From positions 13,144,001-13,208,000 of the forward strand of contig OX597825.1 in the NCBI GenBank assembly GCA_951406725.2: a DNA stretch of 64,000 nucleotides, in the 5' to 3' direction. The notes under the pieces are model-generated. The model was not told the origin of the DNA. It worked only from the letters and a program-made list of their open reading frames with translations, and ran no database searches. This document shows positions 1-14,394 of the stretch, one piece after another. Source of the stretch: Octopus vulgaris (lineage: Eukaryota). Position 1 is the first letter of the stretch; each line of letters starts with the position of its first letter. The position numbers were made by a program, and so were the translations under genes.

Positions 1-177
1 TCATTTTCCTTCATTTTTATTTCGCCTGCGTGTCTGCCTGCCTGCAAGTCATGATTCTCCAGCTGACTGCAATCTAGGTCGCCCTCCCTCCCTCTCTCTC
101 TCCTATATACGTAATATAGACAATTGAAAAACTTAAATTAAATCATCCTTGCAGTGGAATATTATATTTCTTGCTAA

Positions 178-341
178 TAGGCGCAGGAGTGGCTGTGTGG
201 TAAGTAGCTTGCTAACCAACCACATGGTTCCGGGTTCAGTCCCACTGCGTGGCATCTTGGGCAAGTGTCTTCCGCTATAGCCCCGGGCAGACCAATGCGT
301 TGTGAGTAGGTTTGGTAGACGGAAACTGAAAGAAGCCTGTC

Positions 342-403
<62 letters not shown>

Positions 404-620
404 TGTTTGTGTGTCTGTGTTTGTCCCCTAGCATTGCTTGACAACAGATGCTGGTGTGTTTACGTCCCCGTAACCTAGCGGTTCGGCAAAAGAGACCGAT
501 AGAATAAGTACTGGGCTTACAAAGAATAAGTCCCGGGGTCGACTTGCTCGACTAAAGGCCGTGCTCCAGCATGGCCGCAGTCAAATGACTGAAACAAGTA
601 AAAGAGTAAAGAGTAAAGAG
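178..620 (+). mobile_element. SINE family A, full length (tRNA-derived head, internal (TA)n(TG)n, (AAAAGAGT)n tail)
   Basis: A-box-like TGGCTGTGTGG, B-box-like GGTTCAGTCCC and CTTGGGCAAGTG CORE-like segment; more than 12 homologous copies in the window. Confidence 0.92.
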
Positions 621-1339
621 TAATATTTTTTAAATTCTAAAACCAGCCGTAATCCAATAATATCCACTAATCCATACATTTGGGGATATAAAACGAACGC
701 TGTTAATAGTAATTTAAAATTTATGAAATGTGTGAACGTGAGTGTGTGTGTGTGTGTATATGCATGTATATATATATCTGTGTGTGTGTTTATGTGTGTA
801 TGTGCACGTATATATGTAAATATATATATATGTGTGTGTGTGTGCATGTATATATGTATATATATGTGTGTGCATGTGTATGCATATGTGTGTCTGTTTG
901 TGTGTATATGTGGGTGCATATATGTATATGTGTGTGTGTTTGTGTCTGTATGTGCATGTAGATATGTATATATATGTGGGGGGGGGTCTGTTCGTCCGCT
1001 TGGTGTTTATGCTGGTGTGTTTACGTCTTCTTAACTTAGCGGCTCGGCAAAAGTCACCGACAGTATAAGCACCAGCGTTTCAAGGAAAGAAAATAGTACT
1101 GGGGTCGATTCATTGAAATAATAGTTCTACAGTGTGGTGCTCCAGCTTAGCCGCAGTCTAATAACTAAACAAGTCAATGATAAAACCATTCATCCATCAA
1201 TCCATACATACATACATAAAATTTTCCAGAAGTTTTTCATTTAAATATATATGAGCATGTCTAGATATGCAACTATATGCATGAAAATACATATATACAA
1301 TATACAAATCTGCGCGTATACATACACACGTGCATCTGT

Positions 1340-1553
1340 GTTATGTTTGTGTGTCTGTGTTTGTCCCACAACATCGCTTGACAACCGATGCTGGTGTGTT
1401 TACATAACCGCAACTTTGCGGTTTGGCAAGAGAGACCGATAGATTAAGTACTAGGCTTACAAAGAATAAGTCCTGGGGGTGATTTGCTCGACTAAAGGCG
1501 GTGCTCCAGCAAGGCCACAGTCAAGTGACTGAATCGAGTAAAAGAGTAAAGAG
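1340..1553 (+). mobile_element. SINE family A, 3' half
   Basis: Matches the body and tail of the 178-620 copy. Confidence 0.85.
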
Positions 1554-1647
1554 TATACATACATGCATACACACATACATACATACATACATGCATACAT
1601 ACATACATCGATACATACATGCATACATACATACAAATAAACAAACA

Positions 1648-1757
1648 AAAGTACCCTGTTGTTGACGTTGAAATTCCAATAAAGGTGCCTTGAATCAAGG
1701 TTAGAAACCGGTTCTTTCTCTTTTAGCAAGAAATCTTGAAATAAATTGAATAATGAT
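1648..1757 (+). mobile_element. Short 3'-UTR-like fragment of an RLE-type LINE within (TACA)n
   Basis: GCCTTG...GAAACCGGTTC motif shared with the LINE 3' end at 63545-63580. Confidence 0.45.
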
Positions 1758-1802
1758 ATACACCCACCCACTCATATCTACACACATACACGCACACACA
1801 CT

Positions 1803-1896
<94 letters not shown>

Positions 1897-2876
1897 TACA
1901 TACATACATACATAGATACATACATACATACATACATACATACATACATACATTACATACTATATATTTTTTTAGCCTGCTCAACTAAATACTTGAATGA
2001 TTAGATTGGAGCAGGTCAAAAGGTGTCCGTTGCTTTCACCAGATAAATTTCAATGAAATATCGATATAAACTTTCGCAGTCTTCATTTTCCCCCAAATTT
2101 GGTTAAACTGATAAAGTTTTAAGCTAACCCTCTTGCTCCTAAATTTTTTCATTGTTCGTCTGTTTTTGTTTTTTTTTTATTTTATTTATTTATTTATTTT
2201 TCGTTTTGTTTCTGGGTTGGGGCTGGACAGATATTAAACATGTGTAGCTGTTGCTTCGCCTTTTAATTAGCAAGGATTTTCTTAGTTAATACAATAATTA
2301 ATTGATCAGCTGGCCTTTTGCCACGCCAAACAAAACACCATCGACGGTAATTTTTACCATGCCAAACACTTTCACCATCCATGGTACTCCCTTCTCCCGT
2401 ACACCCATACAGACGTGTCCCAGGCAGTGTGAGATTATTTATATATAACCAATGATTGTCTGACGAGGGACAATCATTCTCGAAACAGATCCATAACAGG
2501 GTTCTCTGTTATGTTTCTGTTTACTTTAACGGACAATGCGAAGATATTCTATCGTCCGTAATTTCCACAAATTAAAGTCTTTCAGACAGATAACTGCAGA
2601 TTTATCTACATTAGTTGTGGCAGAGTATGTGTGCGTGTCTGTGTGTTCGTGTGTGTGCGCGTGTGTGTGTGTGTGCGTGTGTGTGTGTGTGTGTGTGTAT
2701 ATATGTGTGTGTGTGTGTGTGCATGTGTGTGTGTGTGTATGTGTGTGTGTGTGTGTGCGTGCGTGTATTGTATGATGGCGTTCTACCATAATACATATCG
2801 TAGGAGAAGAAGCATAATTTGATTATCGTTATTTATATTTATTCTTTGAAAGAAAAAGAACGAGCACAATTATTAA

Positions 2877-3217
2877 TAGGCGCAGGAGTGGCTGTGTGGT
2901 AAGTAACTTGCTTACCAACCATATGGTTCCGGGTTCAGTCCCACTGCGTGGCACCTTGGGCAAGTGTCTTCTACTGTAGCCTCGGGCCGATCAAAGCCTT
3001 GTGAGTGGATTTGGTAGACGGAAACTGAAAAGAAGCCCGTCTTATATATGTATATATATGCATATATGTGTGTGCGTGTTTGTGTGTCTGTGTTTGTCCC
3101 CCAACATCGCTTGACAACCGATGCTGGTGTGTTTACGTCACCGTAACCTAGCGGTTCGGCAATAGAGACCGATAGAATAAATACTAGGCTTACGAAGAAT
3201 AAGTCCTCGGGTCGATC
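2877..3217 (+). mobile_element. SINE family A, 3'-truncated
   Basis: Homology to 178-620. Confidence 0.9.
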
Positions 3218-3509
3218 TCTATATAAAACGACTCCTCCAGCTAATGAAACCAGAGCTCCCTCTGGAAAATGGTATATATTCCGACGAGTTCAGTGACTTG
3301 CGCTGAGTTGTTTGATCCCAATGCTATGTCCAAAAGTCAACCTAATAAAAATCTTGTCCTCAGTCTATTATCGAAATCTATCAAAGTGCTAACGTGTAAC
3401 TAGTATCATGTCTATATCCGACGTAGGTGAATCAGAATTGCACATAGCAAAAATCTGCTTATATTTGTATGTATAAACACACAATCAAGCACACGTACAC
3501 ACCCCCACG

Positions 3510-3570
<61 letters not shown>

Positions 3571-3682
3571 ATGTATAGAGTAATCAAAACAGAAAACAAA
3601 ACCAGGAAAAACACAAAAGTCAAAGGACGTACCGTGAATATATTAGACTGACGTTCAGAAAACGTTTAAGACGGAAAGAAGA

Positions 3683-3710
3683 GACGTTTCGAGCATAAGC
3701 TCTTCGTCAG
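3683..3710 (-). ncRNA. Minimal hammerhead core (Penelope-type), stem I not recoverable
   Basis: Minus strand reads CTGACGA-A-GAGC-TTAT-GCTC-GAAA-CG-TC; lies in a ~190 bp pLTR-like fragment (about 3576-3765) next to (TG)n. Confidence 0.6.
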
Positions 3711-4489
3711 GAAAAGGAAATGGGAAAAGCCCAGAGAGAAGGAAAAGAATAATCCGAGAAGAGAATATGTGCCGTTACATGCATGTATATAACACGTGTT
3801 GTACTTATGTACTACACCTCAATATGTTATCTGCTGTAAATATATTTTTGTTTCTCTCCCTCCATTCATATTTTTCTCTTTCACTCCGTCGCTTCGTCTA
3901 CTTCAGTCGCATTTATTTCATTATCGTTTTGAATTTGAACATTTTCATTAAGGATTTTAGATATTACTTTGTATTAAAATGTAATACTGCTGTCTCAGCG
4001 AAAATTCACAATAAACAAACTCCAAGCCCACGAGCTATCAGATAAAATTCCCGCCTACCAGCCAAGCGGATTAACTGAAAGATGGATACGATGTAATAAT
4101 TCTTCTTTGAGTCATTTGAGAAATTTTTGTGGCTTGATTTGCAGAGGAAATATTAGACGTGTTTCACGTGATCGTAACAGCTTCGATGATATCTAAGTGG
4201 AACGTATGTTTTGCTCAAACCATTTATCATTCAATCGTTTCTCTCGGTGGACTGGACTGAGACCATACTGGGGCATCGCCTTGAAGGCTTTTAGTCGGAC
4301 AGATCGATCCCAGTACTCATTTTTGGTCTGGTACTTATTCTATCAGTGTTTTTCACTAAAATTCTAAGGGGATGTAAACAAACCTGCATCAGTTGTCAAG
4401 TGGTATGGAAAACACACACAAATATGCACACACACATATACACAAATACATACACACACATATACACAAATACATACACATACATACAC

Positions 4490-4690
4490 CCAGAAGTAAG
4501 AACCAGACTAATAAGAGAGCCATTTCAACGGATAACTTGAAAAACCCTATTAGTCATGGAATCTGTCAATTTCTTAATAGTAGCAAATTGGATTGCCTCT
4601 GCTGCAGCTTTGATGGACGCCCTTTAGACATCTTTCGACATAAATTGGCGTCCACCGGCATAAACATCTTGTTTAATAATTCATTATGTC
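4490..4690 (-). pseudogene. Tc1-type transposase C-terminal remnant
   Basis: Minus-strand translation KQDVYAGGRQFMSKDV*RASIKAAAEAIQFATIKKLTDSMTNRVFQVIR*NGS resembles a Tc1 C-terminus; in-frame stops. Confidence 0.65.
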
Positions 4691-5006
4691 AATAAATGTT
4701 ATAATACTATTATGGTTTTCTGTTAAATATATACTCAATGTATACTTAATAGGTATCATCACCCTTCATTTTCTTAAAATAAAATGTCGAGATGGGCGAT
4801 TTTCATTCAAAAGCTATTAACGCGGTTCACCCCAAAACTGAAGAATCTGAAATAAAATAGAAAGGAAGTTATACAGGATAAAGAATACATAACAATGGTG
4901 TTGCTATAGTGTGAAAACCAGCTGGGAAAAGTGTTATCAAAATCGATTCACGGAAAAACGAGAAATCCTAAATTTCACTCCTAAGCTATTAGTGTGATTC
5001 TGGGTG

Positions 5007-5038
<32 letters not shown>

Positions 5039-5174
5039 CAAGTACACACACACACACACATACACACACATATGTATATATATGTTTGTATATACATATG
5101 TATGTATATAGGTATACATGTACTTGATGAAGTAAACGAAAAATAGATTTAGTAGGAATCTTTATTCAGCACGA

Positions 5175-5303
<129 letters not shown>

Positions 5304-5304
5304 G

Positions 5305-5371
<67 letters not shown>

Positions 5372-5373
5372 GC

Positions 5374-5409
<36 letters not shown>

Positions 5410-5413
<4 letters not shown>

Positions 5414-5780
5414 CGCAATGGCCAGTGGTTAGGGCTGCGGACTCGCAGTCGTAGGATCGTGGTTTCGATTCCCAGACCGGGCGTCGTGAGTGTTTATTGA
5501 GCGAAAACATCTAAAGCTGCACGAGGCTCCGGCAGGGGATGGTGCGAACCCAGCTGTACTCTTTCACCACAACTTTCTCTTACTACCTGCTTCTGTTGTA
5601 CCTGTAATTGAAAGGGCCAGCCTTGCCACACTCTGTGTCGCGCTGAATTTCCTCAAGAACTACGTTAAGGGTACACGTGTCAGTGGAGTGCTCAGCCACC
5701 TGCACGTTAATTTCACGAGCAGGCTGTTCAGGTGATCGGATCAACTGGAACCCTCGTCGTCGTAAGCGACGGAGTGCCAA
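5410..5780 (+). mobile_element. SINE family B (tRNA-derived, TCG anticodon-like loop)
   Basis: TGGCCAGTGG A box and GGTTTCGATTCC B box; homologs at 6772-7153 and 45703-46090. Confidence 0.9.
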
Positions 5781-6091
5781 GACGTATAAGTGTTAATAAA
5801 TTTTTAAGTTTTCTCTTCTGGTTCAGTTAATATCATTTCACTTCCCATCGGAGGCCTCGCGGAAATTTTGAGTTACCCTAAGGAACCAATACTAGCTTAT
5901 GCATGTTGAAACAATTCAGCAGTTAATTAAATCTACCCCAAGGCTTAATTTGTATTTTATCTTCTGAATTCCGAAAGGCAGGAAGTTCAATTTGACCTCG
6001 GGTATATTTAAATTCAAAACGTATCGCGCTAGAAAAAACGTGTACAGCTGGAATAAATATACGACTGTATTATTTAAACATATTCTTTTTA

Positions 6092-6250
6092 ACATTATTT
6101 ACATTTGAGGGATTTTGTCCTCATCTTGTTTGTTGTTAACGCAACCTTTCGGCTAATATACCCTCCAGGGTATATTTTCGAACCTGGGTTCGTCAAATGT
6201 AAATAATGTAAATAATGTACATAATTCCTCACCTCTTATATATAGAACTG
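6092..6250. mobile_element. Internally deleted copy of the hammerhead/tRNA element at 38906-39310
   Basis: Same termini (ACATTATTTACATTTG ... TATAGAACTG); flanking direct repeat ATATTCTTTT at 6080-6089 and 6252-6261. Confidence 0.75.
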
Positions 6251-6283
6251 TATATTCTTTTCGCGATATAGTTACTATGATCC

Positions 6284-6625
6284 GTGAAGGCGCATGGCTC
6301 AGTGGTTAGAGCGTCGAGCTTACGATCGTGAGATTGTGAGCTCGAATCCCAGACCGGGCTGCGTGTTATGTTCTTGAGCAAGACACTTTATTTCACGTTG
6401 CTTCAGTTCACTCAGCTGTAGAAATGAGTTGCGACGTTACAGGTGCCAAGCTGTATCGGCCCCTTTGCCTTTCCCTTGGATTACATCAGTGGTATGGAAG
6501 AGAAAAGGCCGGTATGAAGGGGCGACTGCTGGTCTTCCATAAACAACCTTGCCCGGACTTGTGCCTGGGAGGGTAACTTTCTAGGTGCAATCCCATGGTC
6601 TGTGTCGTGACCGAAGGGAGTCTCA
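6284..6625 (+). mobile_element. SINE family D (tRNA head plus CORE-like domain)
   Basis: TGGCTCAGTGG and GAGCTCGAATCC boxes; CTTGAGCAAGACACTT...CAGCTGTAGAAATGAG; homologs at 57807-58360. Confidence 0.88.
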
Positions 6626-6771
6626 GACTATTATGGTCCAATTTGAGGGCAATTGGACTGCTATTTTCTTGGATGAATATAAATGGCTTAGTACAAGCCT
6701 GTTATATAAATCGTTCATGCTTAATACTTAGTTAATCGTGAAATAGAAACCAGCGCCTGTCTATCGGATAT

Positions 6772-7153
6772 GGAAGCACTCCGTCGGTTACGACGATGAG
6801 GGTTCCGGTTGATCCGATCAACGGAACAGCCTACTTGTGAAATTAACGTGTAAGTGGCTGAGCACTCCACAGACACGTGTACCCTCAACGTAGTTCTCGG
6901 GGATATTCAGCGTGACACAGAGAGTGACAAGGCCGGCCCTTTGAAATACAGGTACAACAGAAACAGGAAGTAAGAGTGAGAGAAAGTTGTGGTGAAAGAG
7001 TACAGCAGGGATCACCACCATCCCCTGCCGGAGCCTAGTGGAGCGTTAGGTGTTTTCGCTCAATAAACACTCACAACGCCCGGTCTGGGAATCGAAACCG
7101 CGATCCTACGACGGCGAGTCCGCTGCCCTAACCACTGGGCCATTGCGCCTCCA
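6772..7153 (-). mobile_element. SINE family B, full length
   Basis: Reverse complement of the 5410-5780 type; TSD-like CTATCGGATAT (6761-6771) and CTATCGCATAT (7155-7165). Confidence 0.92.
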
Positions 7154-8009
7154 CCTATCGCATATACCTGCTAGTCAGTAAACAGTTGACACTCCTTACG
7201 GTATAGATTTGTGTTTTGTTCAGCCTTTGTAAACATTTGCAGGTTTGTTTGGTTTTCGAAAATTAAGTCTCTTTCTTTACCTTTGACAGTGCAATAGAAA
7301 ATGAAGAAAAAGTAAAGCAGAAAGTGATTCTAAGCGTGAATTTAATAAATGTTGGGGAAATTAGTTCTTGTTGTTAATACAACTTTCAGTGCATTGTTTG
7401 TGAAAATAGTTTCTAGCACAATAAAAGACATGATGTTTATAGACGCCACAATAACATAAGAAAGTAAAAGAGAAGAAAAACTGATGCTAGAGTTTGGGTC
7501 TAAGTTACGGAAAAATTATGTGACTACGCAAAAAGAAAAAAAAATCCTGAAAAGACGCCATATTTGTTGAATGACGTTGTGAAAGTTTGGCAATGAAAAA
7601 GGCATTCTGTAAAATTGCTTTAGAGGACGCCTTTGTCGGAAGTTGATTAAATTGTCACCTGTATCTGGCTGGTGCTTATTTTATCGACATTGGAAGGATG
7701 AAAGACTAATACACCTTGGCAGGATTTCGCTGCTATGTTGAATATACAGCAATGAATTTTTAGGTGAGATAACAAAAGAAAAAATACATAGAACAGCCAG
7801 ATAAAAAAGGACAACGAACGATGTAAGTATTCAGTCTATACTCGGATTCAAAAGTATTCAGCAACATGTGAACGATAGGTTTCAGTAGAATGAGGAGTGT
7901 ATGTAAATTGGTGTCATAAAGTAAACGAACGAACTAAACGAAGGATCGAACCTGACTCCCTGTTTTAGCTCCACGGTCAACTTAACACCACTAAATGTTA
8001 TCCATGTGG

Positions 8010-8225
8010 AAGCGAGCTAGCAGAGCTGTTAGCACGTCGGATGAAGTGCTTAGTGGCATTTCGTCCGTCATTACGCTCTGAGTTCAAATTCCGCCAAAGT
8101 CGACTTTGCCTTTCCTCATTTGGGGGTCGATAGATTAAGTACCAGTGACACACTGGGGTCGATGTAATCGATTAGTAGCTTTCCCCAAAATTGCAGGTCT
8201 TGTGCCCATAGGGCAAAGGATTATC
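8010..8225 (+). mobile_element. SINE family C monomer with tail type 2
   Basis: GAGTTCAAATTCC B box and GTCGACTTTGCCTTTC...GTCGATAGATTAAGTACCAG central domain. Confidence 0.85.
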
Positions 8226-8227
8226 AC

Positions 8228-8263
<36 letters not shown>

Positions 8264-8447
8264 GCATGTGTCTGTGCATGTATACATATATATATGTCTA
8301 TATATGTACATATATATAGACATATATATATATATAAATGTATATGCATATGTATGTATGCATGTATGTATGAATATATTTATATATATATGTATATATG
8401 TACGTATATACATATATACACATATATATATTATGTATTATTTGTGA

Positions 8448-8495
<48 letters not shown>

Positions 8496-8517
8496 CATGT
8501 ATGTATGTATGTATGTA

Positions 8518-8610
8518 TTGAACAGGTGGCAGCAGACGTGGATGGAACCCACCTGCCAGGTACCTTTGTCATGCCAAATTCATTGTGTATAATATTTTCA
8601 GCTCTCACTG
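8518..8610 (-). pseudogene. Mariner transposase fragment
   Basis: [19 protein letters not shown] matches the mariner linker motif (..LGM.KV.ARWVP). Confidence 0.65.
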
Positions 8611-9484
8611 CATGGCTGATTGGACAAGTGTCTTCTACTCCAGCCGCGCTCTGACCGAAGTCTTGTGAGGGAATGAGATAGAGAGAAACTGAAAGAAGTC
8701 TGTCGTGTGTGTATGTGTGTGTGTGATGTTCCCGCCGCTGCTTGACAACCGTTGTTATGTTCCCGTAACCAAGCGGTTCCACAACAGGTACCAATAGAAT
8801 GAGTTATAAGCCTAATGTATAAGTACTGCCTTCAATTCGCTTGACTAAATTTCTTCAACGGAGTACTCCAGCATGGCCGTGATCTAATGACTGGAGCATG
8901 TAGGAGAAAAAAGAAAAGGGCATGTGGAATTGAGAATGAGAAAGTAAGAGAGAGAGAGAGAGGGAGAGGGAGAGAGAATGAGGCTGGGAAAAAAACAGAG
9001 AGAGTGCGTGTGTATGCGTGTGCGTTTTCGTGCAGGATGTGTATACATGTGAGTGTATATATATATATACGTGAGCGTGTGCGTATAAAACCGTGTATGT
9101 GAGTGTACGTTTAATGCAGCAGAATGTAAACGAAGCAACGAACTGAATGAAAAACGAGCGAGTGTGTTGCGTCATCGCGATAACAGATCCATTCTGCTGT
9201 CATAAATAACGGACGATGTCAGAAAGAAAATCCGTAGAACTGGAGAAATCCCGGAATTAGAGGATATAGGTCAGCCAAGTAACCTATAGGTAATCGATCA
9301 GTAACTAACGTAGACTTGTAAAGAAAATAACACCACGTAATGGAATTTGTCCATTATCTCTATGGTTTGTAATAGTCGGAGATGACTCACATACATATGT
9401 AATATACAAGGATGATATAATGTTGCTTTAATTCAATAGGACAAACGCATGGAAAGCCAAAATATTTATTATCTATCTACGTGT

Positions 9485-9559
<75 letters not shown>

Positions 9560-9618
9560 ATATATATATGTGTGTGTTTGTATATGTGTATGTATATGTG
9601 GTGATATACGTACAGATA

Positions 9619-9626
9619 TAATAATG

Positions 9627-9684
<58 letters not shown>

Positions 9685-9725
9685 TGATGATGATGATGAT
9701 GATGATGATAATAATAATAATAATG

Positions 9726-9786
<61 letters not shown>

Positions 9787-9797
9787 TGATGATGATG

Positions 9798-9831
<34 letters not shown>

Positions 9832-9866
9832 TAATAATAATAATGATAACAATAATAATAATAATG
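9619..9866. repeat. (TAA)n/(TGA)n compound microsatellite
   Basis: Direct reading. Confidence 0.97.
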
Positions 9867-9979
9867 AAATATATGGTGGCATATACGTATTCACACGAAC
9901 ACACGGAAATATATACAGAAATGTATACGAATGTAGAATATAATAGATATAGATATATATTAATAAATAAAAATAAATT

Positions 9980-10033
<54 letters not shown>

Positions 10034-10149
10034 TGTGAGTGTATGTATATATGTGTGGGTGCATAAAACATGGAGATATACACACATATGTAAATATATT
10101 TCTATATGTATAAATATGCATATTTATTTCTATATATTGATATATTTAC

Positions 10150-10191
<42 letters not shown>

Positions 10192-10300
10192 TTGTGTGTG
10201 TTAGCTCTGACTGCGTGTGCGTATGTGTGCGCGCATTGATGTCTATCGATCGATATATCTACCTTTGTTCTCTCTCTCTACCTATATATACATATTCATA

Positions 10301-10348
<48 letters not shown>

Positions 10349-10564
10349 CGTACATATACACATATAGAGTTGTTTGTTGTCTGTAATATATGCATGTATG
10401 TATATATATCTATATATATATGCACCCACACATAATATTTTATGTATGTATATATGTATATATATATATATGCATATATATGTGTGTGTGTGTATTGATA
10501 TATATATATAAAGTTAATCCAAACAAGAAAGCACAAAAAAAATCAACGCGAGGACGTGGAACAA

Positions 10565-10602
<38 letters not shown>

Positions 10603-10655
10603 ATACGTATATACAAATATATGTATATATATATACATATGCACTTATATACACG

Positions 10656-10699
<44 letters not shown>

Positions 10700-11782
10700 T
10701 GTATGTATGTATGTATGTATGTATGTATGTATGTATGTATGTATGTATGTACGTATGTGTGTGTATGAACTTGATCGTAAAGTAGATACTTATACAACCG
10801 CACTTATCGATCCGTCAATCGAACGTTTATCGTTCTGTTCATTTGTTTATTTAACCACAAAAGAAGACCATTTTTGACTGCTTGGAATGATTTACTTACC
10901 AATATGCTGCAACCACTAAACTACAAGTCTTCATATTCCTGTGGACTTTTTGTTATTAACAAAAATTTTTTTGGATTTTCCATCTCCTGTTTCCCCTTTA
11001 ACGGAGTTTCCTCTCCTGAACTGAGCTGTTACATATCCCTTACTCTAGCTGAAACTTTTCTCTTCACCACCACCACCACCATCAAAACCACCACTACCAT
11101 CTCTACCGCATCCACCACCATCACCACCAACACCACTACCGCCATACTTAAAGACCATTTGTCAACCAGATTCTGCCTAAAATTCTGACGGTATCTCAAA
11201 TATTTTGTCATTTTTTATCTCTAATTTTGTTTCTTTCAAGCGGTTTGTTATCTGGAAATAATCCTTTCTACTTTAGATGCAATGCCTAAAATTTTTTAGT
11301 GGGCTCAGTGGGACCTGGGTGGGGTTAGTTGTTTTCCTCGACCCCCGGTACTCGATTGGTAGATGTCTTACCAACCACGAAAAGATGAAAGGCAAATCCG
11401 ACCACAGTGGAATTTGAACTCAGATAGTCAAGCTGGAAGGAATGCCCCTAAAAGTTTTCTTCTGCGTGTTCTCGAATAGCCAACTTCACCACCTTAAAAG
11501 TGTATACCTTTCCCTGCCGGAAATCGAACTCCGCCCGTCTTGGTGAAAGCCCCTGCTTGGTTACTACAAAAGACTATCTTTCTATCTACCTATCTATCTA
11601 TTTATGTATCCCTCTATAGAAACATCTTTTTGTCCATCTATCTGTCTACTTATGTATCCCTCCATCTCTCCATCAATCTCTCTTTCTCTCTCTCCCCTAC
11701 TATCTATCTATCTATCTATCTATCTCTGTGTCTATCTATATCTATTCTCTCCTTGTTTCTCTCCTTGTTTTTTTCTGTGTCA

Positions 11783-11818
11783 CTTTCTGTAGAAGAGCGA
11801 AGGCTCGAAACGTAAAAG
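11783..11818 (+). ncRNA. Minimal hammerhead-like motif with A6U core variant in a pLTR-like fragment (to about 11905)
   Basis: CTTT-CTGTAGA-A-GAGC-GAAG-GCTC-GAAA-CG-TA-AAAG with stems I and II pairing; flanked by (TATC)n. Confidence 0.6.
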
Positions 11819-11902
11819 ACTTTTTCTATTCCTGAGCGTTATACTAACACATTTGTTTGTTTTGTACACCACCTGTCTTCGTCTTTTGTTTTTTTCGTAA
11901 AC

Positions 11903-11991
<89 letters not shown>

Positions 11992-12294
11992 GTCTAGGAA
12001 GTCATCTGATGCATTATATACCGTACATAACAGAACAGTAGACTCACTATTTTCCCAAAACATTATACCGTGGTTTCACCTCGGATTCTATATGCGAGGT
12101 TAGGCCTATTTGATATGCTTTAAAGCACTAGTTCTTTTTTTTCTCTCTTTTCTGAACATTTTCTGCTGACAATAGCGTGGATCTAGAGTTCCACTGCGTC
12201 TTTTATGCCGTCATATACGGTAAGCGTATGATGGCATATAAGTTATCGATTCATAGTCTTTTGTTTTTTCCTTTTTATCTTTTTCTCTCGTTGC

Positions 12295-12520
12295 GGGTTT
12301 CACTCATTAGACTGCGGCCATGCTGGGGTCCCGCCTCCAAGAATTTTTAGTCGAATAAATCGACAGGAGTTATCTACTTTTCGTTTACTTTTTTCACTTT
12401 TTTTTGAACGCTTGGTACTTGTGCTATCGGCTTCTTTCGCCGAACCGCTAAGTTACGGTAAGGGAAAGCATACCAACACCGGCAGTCAAGCAGTGATGGG
12501 GGACAAATATACAAAGACGG

Positions 12521-12555
<35 letters not shown>

Positions 12556-12790
12556 TATACATAAATATAAACATCTCTCTCTCTCACTCTCTCTCTCACT
12601 CTCTCTCTCTCACTCTCTCTCTCACTCTCTCTCTCTCACTCTCTCTCTCTCTCTTTCTACATATATATATATATTTATTTATTTATTTATGCATACATAT
12701 GACGGGCTTCTTACAGTTTCTGTCAACCATATCCACTAACAAGGTTTGACCAAGGTGCTATACAGTGGGACTGAACCCGAAACCATGGGT
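12295..12790 (-). mobile_element. Degenerate SINE family A
   Basis: Recognisable head and tail with expanded internal microsatellite. Confidence 0.75.
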
Positions 12791-12831
12791 TTGGGAAACT
12801 TCTCTCTCGTTCTCTCTCTCTCTCTCTCTCC

Positions 12832-12901
<70 letters not shown>

Positions 12902-13580
12902 CTATCAATTTCTGTCTGTCTATCTCTCTTTTTCCATCTCTCTTTCCCTTTCTTTCATTCTCCGTCTATCTTTCTTTCTGTCTCTGTCTCTTTCTGTCTC
13001 CCCTCTCTGCCTCTCAATCTCTCTCTCCCTCTCTTTCTCTCTCTCTCTCTCATAATCTATGCATGTATATCTTGCAAAATTTATAGCTATTGAAAGAAAT
13101 ATTAAATAAATCATCTCACTCCCCACTCATCCTCTTTTTCTCTATTATATATGTATATATGTCTATGTATATATACATACATACATATAAACACACACAC
13201 ATACACACCCACCCAAATCACACACACACACACATATACATACATATATATGTATATACATGTACGTGTGTGTGTATACATACACATACACAAACACAAT
13301 TTTAAATAATTAACTATAAGTTTAATATTGTGGGCAATAAAGACATATATATATATATGATTGTTAATACAATCATGCAATGAAATCGCATTCAAAAGAA
13401 TCCTCCGTTCTTCAAGGGTGAGATACGCGGTGTCAGGAGCCATGTTGTGATTCCAGCAGCCATTTTTACTAACGTAATCCTATTCCAAAACCAAAGAATT
13501 CGTTTACATTCAATAGTCGTAATTATAACTTCTGGATAAGAAATGAGCGCAAGGAAATATAAGTACGCAGTATATATATG

Positions 13581-13659
<79 letters not shown>

Positions 13660-13908
13660 CTATTATATTCTTTTATTCTTTTACTTGTTTCAGTCATTTG
13701 ATTGCGGCCATGCTAGAACACCGCTTTTATTGCTTAATTATTTGTTTGTCTCAAGTATATTGCCATATTACTTACATATTTAAGAACATTAAGCGTTTGT
13801 TCAACTAATAACAAGTACCGGAGTAAGATTACAATCTGGATAAAAACGCTACAATTTCGGTATCATTTCTCAGAAGATATTTTGTTCGTTGTTTTTTTCA
13901 TTTATTTC

Positions 13909-14275
13909 GAGTGGCTGTGTGGTAAGTAGCTTGCTTACCAATCACATGGTTCTGGGTTCAGCCCCACCGCGTGGCCTCTTGGGCAAGTGTTTTCTTCTAT
14001 AGCCTCGGACCGACAAAAAGCCTTGTGAGTGGATTTAAAAGACAGAAACTGAAAGACGTCCGTCGTATATATGTATATATATATATATATGTGTGTGTGT
14101 ATGTGTGTTTGTGTATCTGTGTTTGTCCTCCCAACATCGCTTGACAACCGATGCTGGTGTGTTTACGTCCCCATAACTTAGCGGTTCGGCAAAAAGTGAC
14201 CGATAGAATAAGTACTAGGTTTACAAAGAATAAGTCCTGGGGTCGAAACAACTAAAAGAGTAAAAGATTAAAGAG
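13909..14275 (+). mobile_element. SINE family A
   Basis: Homology to 178-620. Confidence 0.9.
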
Positions 14276-14394
14276 TATACATAATACTTATATAAGAGAA
14301 TAAAGAACCTTCAAGAGCTGTCCATCATGTGTTTTTGTGTGGGTGGGAAACGATGGTTGTATTTGACGGTGGATTTAATGGAGATGGTTGTGTT

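Noticed and set aside
133-444. Recurrent peptides like [51 protein letters not shown]
   Set aside because: Antisense translation of SINE A, not a gene family
9469-10367. Long ORFs such as 293 aa at 9486-10367 and 229 aa at 18671-19360
   Set aside because: Translations of microsatellites (YI, HT, CV, poly-I), open only because those repeats lack stops in that frame
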